A stretch of DNA of 64,000 bases from Flavobacteriaceae bacterium (GCA_041392065.1 JAWKMU010000005.1:156340-220339); one strand, 5' to 3'. Positions 1 to 9,897 are shown, counted from the stretch's first letter. Made by a program: numbers and translations. Notes: generated by a model from the sequence alone, not told the origin.

Positions 1-1408
1 TAAATTCCTTTTTTACTATAGCATAGATACCAAAGTCATACTTTTTATAATCTGGTATTAAACGCCTAACACCTGTATCGGGATTTGCAAAATTATCTTG
101 AAACCTTCCCGATAATCCAAAATCAAGTTTTATTTCATCAAATTTGTCTACATTAACATCAGCTTTAAGGCTGTGAGTCTGTAATTTTAAATCTACTGCA
201 GCTTTATCTCTATCGTCTCCAACTCTTTTATCAAATTCAAATCTATGACTGTTTTGATAGTCATATTGTAGTGATACTTTACCAAAAGATTTGAAACGTT
301 TAAACATATTAGTTTTTGCTAAAAAGTGACTTGCTTCTTGTCTGGGTGCAATAATGGAATAACTGAAATCTTCACTAATATAAGGCTCTTCGTTATTTAT
401 TGCATTGACCAAATCTTCGGTATTACCAATATGAGATGAACTTAAAATTCCTAATTGATTATCAATATAACTTAGATAAACTTCGAAACCTTTTTCAAAA
501 CTTGTAAAACCACTTTGTAAGCTAGCAGAAAAGATTTTAGCACCAGTATTATTTAAATAATATGAAGGAGATTTTAGGTCTCCATTTTGTTTGTAGCCAA
601 ATACACCATTTGCAAACCAGCCTGATTCAAAATTTTTGAATAAGGAACTACTTATGTTATAACCTATGCCATTACTTTGAAATCCAGCTATAGTTTTACC
701 AAAAAGGGTATCTTTTTTAATGATTCTTTTTGGTTGCAATACAACAATGCCTCCTATTGCATCACCACTATAGGCTAGAGTTCCTGAACCCTTAATGACT
801 GAAATATTATCAGCTACGTTAACATCTATATTGGGTGCATGTTCAATTCCCCATTCTTGGTCTTCCATTCTCACATTATTATTAATTATTGTGATTCTGC
901 TGCTATGTAAACCGCCAATAACAGGTTTTACAATTTTACTACCTGTAGTTATTGATGTTACTCCACTAACTTGATTTAAAACATCACCCAAACTTTCAGA
1001 ACTAAAATTATCAATAGTAGTACTTTTTATTATAGTTTCTTGACCTGATGATGTTTTATTATTAATTGATTTGCCTTCTACTGTAACTATGCCTAATTCT
1101 TCTACATGATGTTCCAGATAGATAGTTTGCTCAATATTATTTATTAAATTAATTTCAAGAATCTTAGTCTCACATGATAAATGGGATACTGACACCTTTA
1201 ATTTGCCTTCACACAGATTGGTAATAATAAATTTACCATTTATGTCTGAAATTGCATATTTGTTAAGGTTTTCAATATAAACTGTTGCAGCTTCAATTGG
1301 CATTTTGTTATGAAAATCTTGAATTTCGCCTTTAAAAATAAAATTGCAATCTTGAGCCAAAATGTTACTTGATGTAAGCAACACTATAAATAATAAGTAA
1401 TACTTCAT
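1..1408 (-). CDS. TonB-dependent receptor, N-terminal part (C-terminus runs off the window start)
   Basis: I translated the minus strand by hand from the ATG at 1408. It gives MKYYLLFIVLLTSSNILAQ (signal peptide), then a carboxypeptidase-regulatory-like beta-sandwich segment (FKGEIQDFHNKMPIEAATVYIENLNKYAISDINGKF), a plug-like segment (GVTSITTGSKIVKPVIGGLHSSRITIINNNVRMEDQEWG) and beta-barrel-like repeats. The frame stays open to position 1. The ORF track omits it because it is truncated. Confidence 0.75.
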   Translation of the reverse strand, partial: MKYYLLFIVLLTSSNILAQDCNFIFKGEIQDFHNKMPIEAATVYIENLNKYAISDINGKFIITNLCEGKLKVSVSHLSCETKILEINLINNIEQTIYLEHHVEELGIVTVEGKSINNKTSSGQETIIKSTTIDNFSSESLGDVLNQVSGVTSITTGSKIVKPVIGGLHSSRITIINNNVRMEDQEWGIEHAPNIDVNVADNISVIKGSGTLAYSGDAIGGIVVLQPKRIIKKDTLFGKTIAGFQSNGIGYNISSSLFKNFESGWFANGVFGYKQNGDLKSPSYYLNNTGAKIFSASLQSGFTSFEKGFEVYLSYIDNQLGILSSSHIGNTEDLVNAINNEEPYISEDFSYSIIAPRQEASHFLAKTNMFKRFKSFGKVSLQYDYQNSHRFEFDKRVGDDRDKAAVDLKLQTHSLKADVNVDKFDEIKLDFGLSGRFQDNFANPDTGVRRLIPDYKKYDFGIYAIVKKEF

Positions 1409-1498
1409 TTTATAGAATAATTCTTTAATGAAAGATTGAATAGATGCTTTAACATAGTTAAATCATCTTTAGTGTTTAGCTTTTTTTGAATAAATAGA

Positions 1499-1837
1499 TT
1501 AACTCAAAAAAGATGGAGGTGCTCTTAAAGAAAAAGATAAGTGCTGATGGTAATATTTAAAGTTATATAACCCATAAATGAGTCCATTGAAACTTGAGTT
1601 TTCAATGATATCCAAGTCATAATTTGGAGTGATAAAGGTAATATTTGATTTATTAAATTTATAAAACTCGCAATCAAGGTCTAACTCGTGATAATGACTT
1701 TTTTGAGGTGTTTTACAAACTTCGTGCTTATGGGTTTCAAAAGCATGAGCCAGTTTGACAAAAGAAGGCACAAGTAAGGCTATAATTAGTACAACTAGAC
1801 TAATTTTAAAACCTATATGTGCTTTTAGTTTTTGCAT
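1499..1837 (-). CDS. small N-terminally anchored His/Cys-rich protein, function unknown
   Basis: 112-aa ORF with one N-terminal TM helix (ISLVVLIIALLVPSFV), then HAFETHKHEVCKTPQKSHYHELDLDCEFY. Its start overlaps the upstream gene's stop (TAATG). It lies directly upstream of the TonB-dependent receptor gene on the same strand. Confidence 0.5.
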   Translation of the reverse strand: MQKLKAHIGFKISLVVLIIALLVPSFVKLAHAFETHKHEVCKTPQKSHYHELDLDCEFYKFNKSNITFITPNYDLDIIENSSFNGLIYGLYNFKYYHQHLSFSLRAPPSFLS

Positions 1838-2343
1838 TATTCTTTAATGAATCTTCCTAATCCAAATCGTTTACCAAATCTCTTTAAAAAATCTCTAAAA
1901 AAAGCATATTGACCAAAAATCCATGCTATTGAGATTAGAAGAATCTGATAAAAAATGAGTCCAATAATAATATAAAGTAGCCAATATACGAAGACATTTA
2001 AGTTTTCTTTAGTAATTCCTAATAAATTTAAAATAGGTTTACTAATAAATGCTGAAGTTGAGCCAGTAATAGCAAACACGAGAAAAATTCTAATCATTTC
2101 CCATTTGTAATCTACTATCCATTTGTTTTCTAATCTTTTAAAGCAGAATAGAAAAAATTTTAGTAATACAAAATATAGTATTGCACTTAAAATAATTAGG
2201 TAAGGTATGTTTGAAGCTTCATGTCTATTAAAGAATAGACCTGCAATTTTATAAGAACTATAAAGTAATGCTATAATTCCTAAAAAAGGGAAGAGCAGCT
2301 GCCAATTATGTTGTATTTCCCAACGCGTTTTAAATTTTTGCAT
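1837..2343 (-). CDS. polytopic inner-membrane protein, function unknown
   Basis: 168-aa ORF with about 4 hydrophobic helices. Its stop overlaps the downstream start. Confidence 0.55.
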   Translation of the reverse strand: MQKFKTRWEIQHNWQLLFPFLGIIALLYSSYKIAGLFFNRHEASNIPYLIILSAILYFVLLKFFLFCFKRLENKWIVDYKWEMIRIFLVFAITGSTSAFISKPILNLLGITKENLNVFVYWLLYIIIGLIFYQILLISIAWIFGQYAFFRDFLKRFGKRFGLGRFIKE

Positions 2344-2377
2344 AAAAAATCATTCTATGCAAATATACTATCGGAAA

Positions 2378-2809
2378 TTATATTCTGGGAACTAAACCTG
2401 ATAATTGTTGTTTATACTGCAATTGAAAATAAATAAAATAATAGTACAGCTTGTAATTTACTTCGTAGCCATAGTCTATAGAAGGGTTATAATCTATCTG
2501 CATTTCATAAAGGTTTGCATTATAAACGGTTGGTTGCAGTGCACGTCTATTCCATTCTGCAACATAAATTTGATTTCTACCTTCTAAAAATTCTTGAGAG
2601 TAGTAACCTTCTGGCTTAGCCATACGCTCTAACCACGACTCAAAACCAGGTTCAATAATAATGATTTCGTACTCAAGCTCGTCATTGGCAATTCGTACTG
2701 TATCCTGTTCAGTTGTAGCAACTTCTTTTTTTTGAGGTGGTATTTTATTTGTGGTTTTGCAACTTGTAAACAAAGCCAACAAGACTATTGATATAATTAA
2801 CTTTTTCAT
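2378..2809 (-). CDS. lipoprotein, function unknown
   Basis: 143-aa ORF. It has a lipoprotein signal, MKKLIISIVLLALFTSCKTT (lipobox Cys). It is first in a co-directional string with the two small genes and the TonB receptor. Confidence 0.6.
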   Translation of the reverse strand: MKKLIISIVLLALFTSCKTTNKIPPQKKEVATTEQDTVRIANDELEYEIIIIEPGFESWLERMAKPEGYYSQEFLEGRNQIYVAEWNRRALQPTVYNANLYEMQIDYNPSIDYGYEVNYKLYYYFIYFQLQYKQQLSGLVPRI

Positions 2810-2876
2810 TAGTTTATTTTTAATTAAAGTTACAAAAATTGTTCCAAAGTCTTATTCGTATTTTACATTCTTTAAC

Positions 2877-2906
2877 AAAAAAAGCCAAGCATAATAGCTT
2901 GGCTTT
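2877..2906 (-). terminator. rho-independent terminator after the 2926..3564 gene
   Basis: Stem aaagccaagc/gcttggcttt (2881-2890 / 2897-2906) with a 6-nt loop. A T-run follows on the minus strand. Confidence 0.7.
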
Positions 2907-2925
2907 AAGTTATTTGAATTGGTGT

Positions 2926-3564
2926 TTAGCGTTTTCCGAAAAGACCACCAAGTAAGCCACTAAGACCACTTTTTTTCTTGTTTCCTCCTAATACCATGCC
3001 TGCAACATCATCAATAATGCTACCATCTCCATCTGCATCTAAAATAGATTCTAAAAAGCTTTGTTCTTGTTGTGGCGAATTTCCCTTTAATAAACCACCA
3101 AGTAATCCTTCAAGACCACTTGAATTGCTCACCTTTTGTTCTCTCTTTTGCTTTCCTAAAACTCCCATTAATATTGGAGCTGCCACTTTTAATATTTGAG
3201 CTACTGAGCCAGTATCCATTCCAGATTTTTGACTAAGTGCAGCTTCAACATTTCTTTGTCTATTTCCTAATACATGACCTAATATTTTGCTGCCATCAGT
3301 TAAAACATCATTCGAAACTCCACCACCAAACAAACCACCAAGGTCATCAAGAATACTTCCATCGTGCTTATTTTCTAAAGCTCCTAATAGTCCTTGAGCT
3401 CCTTCAGGTGTTGATGCATTTCTTTTCATGGCTTGCATTAACACTGGTAAAGCCATAGTTAATAAGTTGTTGGTTTTGTTTTGATCTTGTCCAGTTTGGT
3501 TAGATACACCACTGACAATTGTTTTTCCTAAATCACTGTTTAGCAAGTCTAGTATTCCTGACAT
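2926..3564 (-). CDS. DUF937-like Gly/Leu-rich protein
   Basis: 212-aa ORF. Repeated 'LLGGL / GGLFG / ILDDLGG / DGDGSIIDD' segments and the MSGILDLLNSDLG N-terminus resemble the DUF937 (YidB-like) family. I recognised this from memory and did not search. Confidence 0.5.
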   Translation of the reverse strand: MSGILDLLNSDLGKTIVSGVSNQTGQDQNKTNNLLTMALPVLMQAMKRNASTPEGAQGLLGALENKHDGSILDDLGGLFGGGVSNDVLTDGSKILGHVLGNRQRNVEAALSQKSGMDTGSVAQILKVAAPILMGVLGKQKREQKVSNSSGLEGLLGGLLKGNSPQQEQSFLESILDADGDGSIIDDVAGMVLGGNKKKSGLSGLLGGLFGKR

Positions 3565-3605
3565 AATATAAATTTTATAAGGTTAATGTTAAGGTGTTAA
3601 GGTAC

Positions 3606-3636
3606 AAAAAAAGTCCTAACGTTATTGGTTAGGACT
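3606..3636 (-). terminator. rho-independent terminator after serA
   Basis: 9-bp stem agtcctaac/gttaggact (3612-3620 / 3628-3636). On the minus strand 7 T follow it (3606-3612). Confidence 0.75.
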
Positions 3637-3671
3637 CCATTATATCAATTTGGTCACATTTTAATTTTTAA

Positions 3672-4634
3672 CTATTTGGATTCTGACTTTAGCAAGCTAA
3701 TAATTTGTGTCGCCAGCTCTGTACCAATCCTATCTTGAGCTTCATTGGTTGCCGCTCCAATATGAGGCGTTAATGATACTTTAGTGTTCATTAAAACCTG
3801 AATAGCTGGAGTAGGCTCTTCTTCAAAAGTGTCTAAGCCTGCAAAGGCAACTTTACCAGATTCTAAGGCGTCAATAAGTGCAACTTCATCAATCACACCA
3901 CCACGAGCTGCATTAACAATACCAACTCCATCTTTCATCATATCTAACTGTTTTTTGCCAATCACATAATCTTTTTGAGCAGGAACATGTAGCGTAATAA
4001 AATCTGAATCTCTTAGAACATCTTTCATAGGTTGAGTAACAATATCTACATTAATAAATTGACCATTGTAAAACTCTACTTTAATAGTTGCTTTACCTAC
4101 AAATTTATCGCTGGCAATAACCTTCATACCTATGCCTAATGCAATTTTTGCTACTTCACGACCAATACGTCCAAAACCAATAATACCTATAGTTTTGCCT
4201 CTAAGTTCAACACCTTTGGCATAGCTTTTCTTAAGGTTTTTAAACTTGGTATCTCCATCTAAAGGCATATTTCTGTTAGAATCATAAAGAAAACGAGCTC
4301 CTCCAAATAAATGAGCAAATACTAATTCTGCCACTGAATTTGATGAAGCAGCTGGAGTGTTTATTACATGAATACCTTTACTACGAGCATAGTCTACATC
4401 AATATTATCCATACCAACACCACCACGACCAATCACTTTTAATGAAGGACAAGCGTTAATTAAATCTTTTCTTACTGTTGTTGCACTTCGTACCAATAAA
4501 ACATCAACGCTATTTTCGTTTATGTAATTTGCAAGTTGTTCTTGCGCTACTGTTGTTGTGTTTACTTCAAAACCTGCTTCTGTTAAAGCGTCAATTCCAC
4601 TTTGTGAAATACCATCGTTTGCTAATACTTTCAT
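3672..4634 (-). CDS. serA: D-3-phosphoglycerate dehydrogenase / D-isomer-specific 2-hydroxyacid dehydrogenase
   Basis: 320 aa. NAD-binding GIIGFGRIGREVA motif, and catalytic-region motifs NAARGGVID and LTPHIGAAT. It is adjacent to serC. Confidence 0.85.
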   Translation of the reverse strand: MKVLANDGISQSGIDALTEAGFEVNTTTVAQEQLANYINENSVDVLLVRSATTVRKDLINACPSLKVIGRGGVGMDNIDVDYARSKGIHVINTPAASSNSVAELVFAHLFGGARFLYDSNRNMPLDGDTKFKNLKKSYAKGVELRGKTIGIIGFGRIGREVAKIALGIGMKVIASDKFVGKATIKVEFYNGQFINVDIVTQPMKDVLRDSDFITLHVPAQKDYVIGKKQLDMMKDGVGIVNAARGGVIDEVALIDALESGKVAFAGLDTFEEEPTPAIQVLMNTKVSLTPHIGAATNEAQDRIGTELATQIISLLKSESK

Positions 4635-4640
4635 TTTTAA

Positions 4641-4671
4641 GTTAAAAGTTAAAAGTTAAAAGTTAAAAGTT
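4641..4671. repeat. heptanucleotide tandem repeat (GTTAAAA) x4 plus a partial copy
   Basis: Read directly: gttaaaa gttaaaa gttaaaa gttaaaa gtt. It starts 7 nt upstream of the serA start codon, in the serC-serA spacer. Confidence 0.9.
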
Positions 4672-4762
4672 TCAAGAACAATTACCTATAACCTTAAATT
4701 AAAATTTATATTTTTTGTTTGAGCAAATTACTGTTTACTGCAACTGAAAACTGCTTACTTAA

Positions 4763-5827
4763 TTAAGCTTTACTTTCTAATTCACTCATTACTTCAACTA
4801 ATACTTGCACACTTTCTAATGGTAGAGCATTATACATTGATGCTCTGTAACCACCAACACTTCTGTGGCCATTTAAACCTTCTATTCCTGCTTCTTTCCA
4901 CATAGTGTCAAAGGTTTCTTTTAAATCTTCATTTGCTAAAGTGAAAGTAGCATTCATTAACGATCTATCTTCTTTTACTGAATAACCATTAAATAAAGGG
5001 TTTAAATCAATTTCAGAATAGATTAAGCGTGCTTTCTTTTCATTTATTTCTTCAATAGCCTTAATACCACCAATATTTTTAAGCCATTCCATAGTTAACA
5101 TAGACGTGTACACTGCAAACACAGGAGGTGTATTAAACATACTGCTTTTACTTATATGTACTTTGTAATCCATCATTGATGGAATTTTTCTAGAAACTTT
5201 TCCAAGTATATCTTCTTTTACTACAACCAATGTTACTCCTGCTGGTCCCATATTTTTTTGTGCTCCAGCATAAATAAGGTCAAACTTAGAGAAATCTAAC
5301 TGACGTGAAAAAATATCACTACTCATATCACAAATCATCGGAATTGGACTGTTAGGGAATTCCTTCATCTGTGTTCCAAAAATGGTGTTGTTTGAAGTGC
5401 AATGAAAATAATCATAATCTGTTGGAATATCATACCCTTTAGGAATGTAATTATAACCAGCATTTTTTGAAGAAGCAACCTCGTATATGTCGTCAAAAAT
5501 TTGTGCTTCTTTTATGGCTTTGTCGCTCCAAGTTCCTGTGTTTAGGTAACCAGCTCTTTTTTCAAGTAAGTTTAAGGCAACCATTAAAAACTGAGTGCTT
5601 GCACCTCCATGAAGAAATAATGCTTTGTAACCTTTTCCTTCCAAACCCAAAAGTTCTAAGGCTAAAGATCTGGCTTTTTCCATAATGTCTACAAAAGCTT
5701 TGCTTCTATGTGAAATTTCGATAAGGGAAAGCCCACTGCCATTTAAATCCATCACAGCTTCAGAAGCTTTTAAAAGTACTTCTTGTGGTAATATAGATGG
5801 TCCTGCACTAAAATTATGACGTTTCAT
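4763..5827 (-). CDS. serC: 3-phosphoserine/phosphohydroxythreonine aminotransferase
   Basis: 354 aa. N-terminus NFSAGPSILPQEVL and class-V aminotransferase layout, with the PLP-Lys region YAGAQKNMGPAGVT. Confidence 0.92.
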   Translation of the reverse strand: MKRHNFSAGPSILPQEVLLKASEAVMDLNGSGLSLIEISHRSKAFVDIMEKARSLALELLGLEGKGYKALFLHGGASTQFLMVALNLLEKRAGYLNTGTWSDKAIKEAQIFDDIYEVASSKNAGYNYIPKGYDIPTDYDYFHCTSNNTIFGTQMKEFPNSPIPMICDMSSDIFSRQLDFSKFDLIYAGAQKNMGPAGVTLVVVKEDILGKVSRKIPSMMDYKVHISKSSMFNTPPVFAVYTSMLTMEWLKNIGGIKAIEEINEKKARLIYSEIDLNPLFNGYSVKEDRSLMNATFTLANEDLKETFDTMWKEAGIEGLNGHRSVGGYRASMYNALPLESVQVLVEVMSELESKA

Positions 5828-5912
5828 TTGTTTCTATTTTTATTTTTTTTGCTGAGTTGCAAAGGTGCTAATTTTTGACTTTAAATGTGTTATGAATATG
5901 ATAATTTTGTCA

Positions 5913-6971
5913 TCAAATTTTTAACAAAAATGCAATAGTATCTATGTTATCTGCATAGTCACTTAATTCTGGAGTTTGTGTTTGTCCAAATTCAATTTCC
6001 GAATCAATAAATCCTGAAGATACCACACATTGTATTTTATCTTTATCAATGCTTAACTTTTCTTTTAAGAAATCTTCGGAATCGTAATGCTCATAAAACA
6101 CTGTGGCAATTGGAGACGCATAACTTTGGTCTTCTTTAATCATTAAAAACCCATTTTCAAGCATGTCAAACTCGCTCATTAAATACACAGCTTTATTGTA
6201 ATCGTAATTGTTTGCATATTTTGCTTGATGGATAATAGGATGCCATTTATAAACAGCTTCAAAAAAAAGAGCAAAATCATAATCTTTTGGCACAAACAAT
6301 TTAGATACGTTTCTACAGCCTAAACCATAATATCTAAAAATATCATCAGATAAATCCTCTAATTGTTCTTTGCTTTCGTTTCCAGTTAAAACTGCAACAG
6401 AGTTTCTGTTTTTGCGTATTATGGAAGGTACGTCTTTAAAATAATATTCAAAATAACGAGCAGTATTATCGCTTCCTGTGGCAATCACAGCATCAAAACC
6501 ATCAAGCTTATCTTCTGTAAATGTTATTTTTTTCTTGAAACGAGGTTCAACATGCTCCAAATATTTCGCTAAAAAGGGTAGAAGATGCTTGTCGTTTGAT
6601 GATTGTTTTACTAACACTTCATGACCAGAAATTAGTACAGACAAAAAATCGTGAAACCCAACCAAAGGAATATTTCCAGCCATGATGATGGCTATTTTTT
6701 TTTGCTTAATAGTATTAAAGCTATACTTGTCTAACCAATTATTAATATTATTGATATTCAATGTATTAGACCAATTTTCTAAAGCAAAATAAATATTCTC
6801 GTCAGTAAACCAACCATTGTGTTCTTGAGCCAGTTTTAGTTGATGCTTAAAGCCATCAAAAAACAAATCATTGTGCAACACATTTGTGTCTTTTTGAGAT
6901 CCATTATGAGTAAACTGACTTAGAAATTTTCCTAATTCAGCAAAGGCATTTATTCTTTCTGCTAAATTCAT
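5913..6971 (-). CDS. LuxC-like acyl-CoA reductase family protein
   Basis: 352 aa. It resembles the 'acyl-CoA reductase' commonly found divergent from a ferredoxin gene in flavobacteria ([25 protein letters not shown]). This is a family-level call only. Confidence 0.55.
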   Translation of the reverse strand: MNLAERINAFAELGKFLSQFTHNGSQKDTNVLHNDLFFDGFKHQLKLAQEHNGWFTDENIYFALENWSNTLNINNINNWLDKYSFNTIKQKKIAIIMAGNIPLVGFHDFLSVLISGHEVLVKQSSNDKHLLPFLAKYLEHVEPRFKKKITFTEDKLDGFDAVIATGSDNTARYFEYYFKDVPSIIRKNRNSVAVLTGNESKEQLEDLSDDIFRYYGLGCRNVSKLFVPKDYDFALFFEAVYKWHPIIHQAKYANNYDYNKAVYLMSEFDMLENGFLMIKEDQSYASPIATVFYEHYDSEDFLKEKLSIDKDKIQCVVSSGFIDSEIEFGQTQTPELSDYADNIDTIAFLLKI

Positions 6972-7048
6972 TATATGGTTTGGTTATGAATTGTTTTGGC
7001 GTTATTTTTGCAACCGCAAAAGTAAGCAAACTAAAACGAAAAATTGTT

Positions 7049-7402
7049 ATGGCCATTATAATTACAGACGAATGTATAAACTGTGGAGCTTGCGAGCCAG
7101 AATGCCCTAATACTGCTATATATGAAGGAGCTGATGATTGGAGGTACAACGATGGTACAAGTTTAAAGGGAAATGTGGTTTTACCAAATGGTAAAGCTGT
7201 TAATGCAGATGATGCTCAAGAACCAATAAGTGACGAGATTTACTATATTGTTCCAGATAAATGTACAGAGTGTAAAGGGTTTCATGAAGAACCACAATGT
7301 GCTGCTGTTTGTCCTGTAGATTGTTGTGTGCCTGACGAAGACCACGTAGAAAGTGAAGAGACTTTATTAGGAAAACAACGCTTTATGCATCCAGAGGAGT
7401 AA
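7049..7402 (+). CDS. 4Fe-4S dicluster ferredoxin
   Basis: I trimmed the start to the ATG at 7049 ([20 protein letters not shown]). A second cluster motif is [18 protein letters not shown]. The track's upstream extension from 6980 has no ferredoxin-like sequence. Confidence 0.88.
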   Translation: MAIIITDECINCGACEPECPNTAIYEGADDWRYNDGTSLKGNVVLPNGKAVNADDAQEPISDEIYYIVPDKCTECKGFHEEPQCAAVCPVDCCVPDEDHVESEETLLGKQRFMHPEE

Positions 7403-7430
7403 ATACGTTATTTGTTAAAAGTTAATAGAT

Positions 7431-7458
7431 AATCCCAAGCTTTGGCTTGGGATTTTTT
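7431..7458 (+). terminator. rho-independent terminator after the ferredoxin gene
   Basis: Stem aatcccaagc/gcttgggatt with loop tttg, followed by a T-run. Confidence 0.8.
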
Positions 7459-7591
7459 GTTTATAAGTTTTTGTATATAATAGGTTGATAGTGTTGTTGT
7501 TAAAATAAATTAAAACTAACTTCGCTTATCAACTGATATAAGTCATTGAAACGAAATTATATCATACATTGCCAAACATTAAAACCTCAAT

Positions 7592-8425
7592 ATGATAAAG
7601 CAAAACCCATTTTCTCTTTACGACTTTCTTGGATATTTCATTCCTGGTGGTTTAATGATTTACCTAATTTTATTCATTGAATATGTAGAAAATTTAGAAT
7701 CAAAATTTGAAATCAAAGCTTTTGTTTCTGACAATTCTGATTTTCAATTAGATAAGTTTCTTTTTTTTGTAATCGCAAGTTATGCAATTGGTCATCTTCT
7801 AAACTTCTCTTCATCCATTACAATTGAAAGATATGCAAACTGGAAATATAACTATCCTTCTAAGTATCTATTGGGATTTAGCACTCGTGGATTTTGGAAT
7901 GTATAAACTGGATTAGGTTATTTATGGCGAATACTACTAATTATATTGATTTTTCCAGTTACAATATTGGACTTATTGTTAGGAGAATTACTTGGATTTA
8001 AAAACTTCTTCACAAGAAAGTTGGATCCATTTTTAACTGATTTAATTAAATTTAAAGGCCAAACTCTTATTAATAAACTTGCTGATGGAAAGCTAACTCA
8101 ATTTAATAATGTAAATGTCAGAGATTATGATTTTAATAGGATTATATCACATTATACATTTGAACACACAAAAAGTCACCAATTCAGAATGGTAAATTAT
8201 GTGATTCTTTATGGCTTTTTAAGAACATTAACGCTAATTTCTATTATATCCTTTTGGTATATATTACTAAGAAATTTTTCAAATATTATAAGTTTTGATG
8301 TTTACTTCCCTGTAATTATAATTAGCGTGATTTCATATATCTTCTTTATGGCATTTATGAAATTTTATAGAAGATATACTCTTGAGGGATTAATGTTAAT
8401 AGCAATTGATGAAAATCTAAAATAA
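7592..8425 (+). pseudogene. multi-TM membrane protein gene interrupted by one in-frame TAA (7904-7906)
   Basis: Track ORFs 7592..7906 and 7946..8425 are in the same frame. Codons 7907-7945 have no stop and read TGLGYLWRILLII before the second ORF, which the track starts at a TTG. A single TAA therefore splits one reading frame of about 277 codons. I recognise no family. Confidence 0.6.
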
Positions 8426-8729
8426 GGTTTGGTAACAACGTTTATAATCCATAACTCTATTCTGTTAGGATTAAGAAAATTTCCTAACTTTAAATCATAC
8501 CGATACCTACGACCGAATTCTAATCGAATTCACATACTACGGAATCATATTCAAACACGATAAGCGAAAGTAAATCTTTCAATTCTCCTCACTACTCTTA
8601 AAATGCTTCATTTCTTCTATAGGCTCAATGGCATTGTAAAATTTCCAGTTTAAACAACTATTTTATAGAGGCTTATTTGGGTAATTAACTATTTGTAACC
8701 TAGCTATGTAAAATTCATACTAAAATAGT

Positions 8730-8737
8730 TACATTTG
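8730..8737 (+). promoter_or_regulatory. candidate Bacteroidota -7 box (TAcaTTTG) for ychF
   Basis: Exact match to TAnnTTTG, 65 nt upstream of the ychF ATG. Confidence 0.4.
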
Positions 8738-8802
8738 CACCTTCAAAAAAGTCACTAAAATAATAAGATTCCCTCTTTCGAGGGAATGAAAATGTAATTT
8801 TC

Positions 8803-9897
8803 ATGAAAGCAGGAATTGTAGGATTGCCAAACGTTGGAAAATCAACTTTATTTAATTGTTTGTCTAATGCTAAAGCACAAAGTGCAAACTTTCCGTTTTG
8901 TACTATTGAGCCAAATATTGGAGTAGTAAACGTTCCAGATCCAAGATTGGCAAAGTTGGAAACTCTTGTAAATCCTGAACGTGTTGTGCCTGCAACGGTT
9001 GAGATTGTTGATATTGCTGGTTTGGTAAAAGGAGCAAGTAAAGGCGAAGGTTTAGGAAATCAGTTTTTAGCCAACATTCGTGAAACTGATGCGATTTTAC
9101 ATGTGTTGCGTTGTTTTGATAACGATAATATTGTACACGTTGATGGTAACATTAATCCAATTCGTGATAAGGAAACTATTGATATAGAGCTTCAGTTAAA
9201 AGACCTTGAAACCACTGAAAAAAAGCTTGATAAAGTAAAACGTGCTGCAAAAACTGGAAATAAAGACGCTCAGAAAGAAGAAGCTGTGCTTTTAAAAATT
9301 AAAGCAGGTTTAGAGTCTGGAACTTCAATTAGAGCTTTAGAGTTTAGTGATGATGATTATGCTGCTTTTGTAAAGCCATCTCAGTTTATTACAGATAAAC
9401 CTGTGATGTATGTGTGCAATGTAGATGAAGGTTCAGCAGTTTCAGGAAATGCTTATGTAGATAAAGTAAGAGAAGCTGTAAAAGATGAAAATGCCGAAGT
9501 ATTAGTGTTGGCTGTTGGTACTGAGGCTGATATTAACGAGTTAGACGATTACGAAGAGCGTCAGATGTTTTTACAAGATATTGGACTAGATGAACCAGGT
9601 TCGGCTAAATTAATTCGTTCAGCGTACAAATTGCTCAATCAACAAACCTATTTTACAGCTGGTGTAAAAGAAGTAAGAGCTTGGACTGTCGATATTGGAG
9701 CAACTGCTCCTCAAGCAGCTGGTGTTATTCATACAGACTTTGAAAAAGGCTTTATTAGAGCAGAAGTTATTGCTTTTGATGATTATATAAATTATGGAAG
9801 TGAGACCAAAGTGAAAGAAGCAGGAAAAATGCGAGTAGAAGGCAAGACATACGTTGTAAAAGATGGCGATGTGATGCATTTCTTGTTTAATGTGTAA
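8803..9897 (+). CDS. ychF: redox-regulated ATPase YchF (Obg-family GTPase-like)
   Basis: 364 aa. [19 protein letters not shown]-loop and a C-terminal TGS-like end ([13 protein letters not shown]). Confidence 0.95.
   Translation: MKAGIVGLPNVGKSTLFNCLSNAKAQSANFPFCTIEPNIGVVNVPDPRLAKLETLVNPERVVPATVEIVDIAGLVKGASKGEGLGNQFLANIRETDAILHVLRCFDNDNIVHVDGNINPIRDKETIDIELQLKDLETTEKKLDKVKRAAKTGNKDAQKEEAVLLKIKAGLESGTSIRALEFSDDDYAAFVKPSQFITDKPVMYVCNVDEGSAVSGNAYVDKVREAVKDENAEVLVLAVGTEADINELDDYEERQMFLQDIGLDEPGSAKLIRSAYKLLNQQTYFTAGVKEVRAWTVDIGATAPQAAGVIHTDFEKGFIRAEVIAFDDYINYGSETKVKEAGKMRVEGKTYVVKDGDVMHFLFNV

Noticed and set aside
6937-7149. A 70-aa minus-strand ORF, and the 23-codon N-terminal extension of the ferredoxin ORF (6980..7048)
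   Set aside because: The minus-strand ORF is antisense to the ferredoxin gene and overlaps the acyl-CoA reductase start. The extension has no ferredoxin-like sequence, and an ATG at 7049 gives the canonical [15 protein letters not shown] start.
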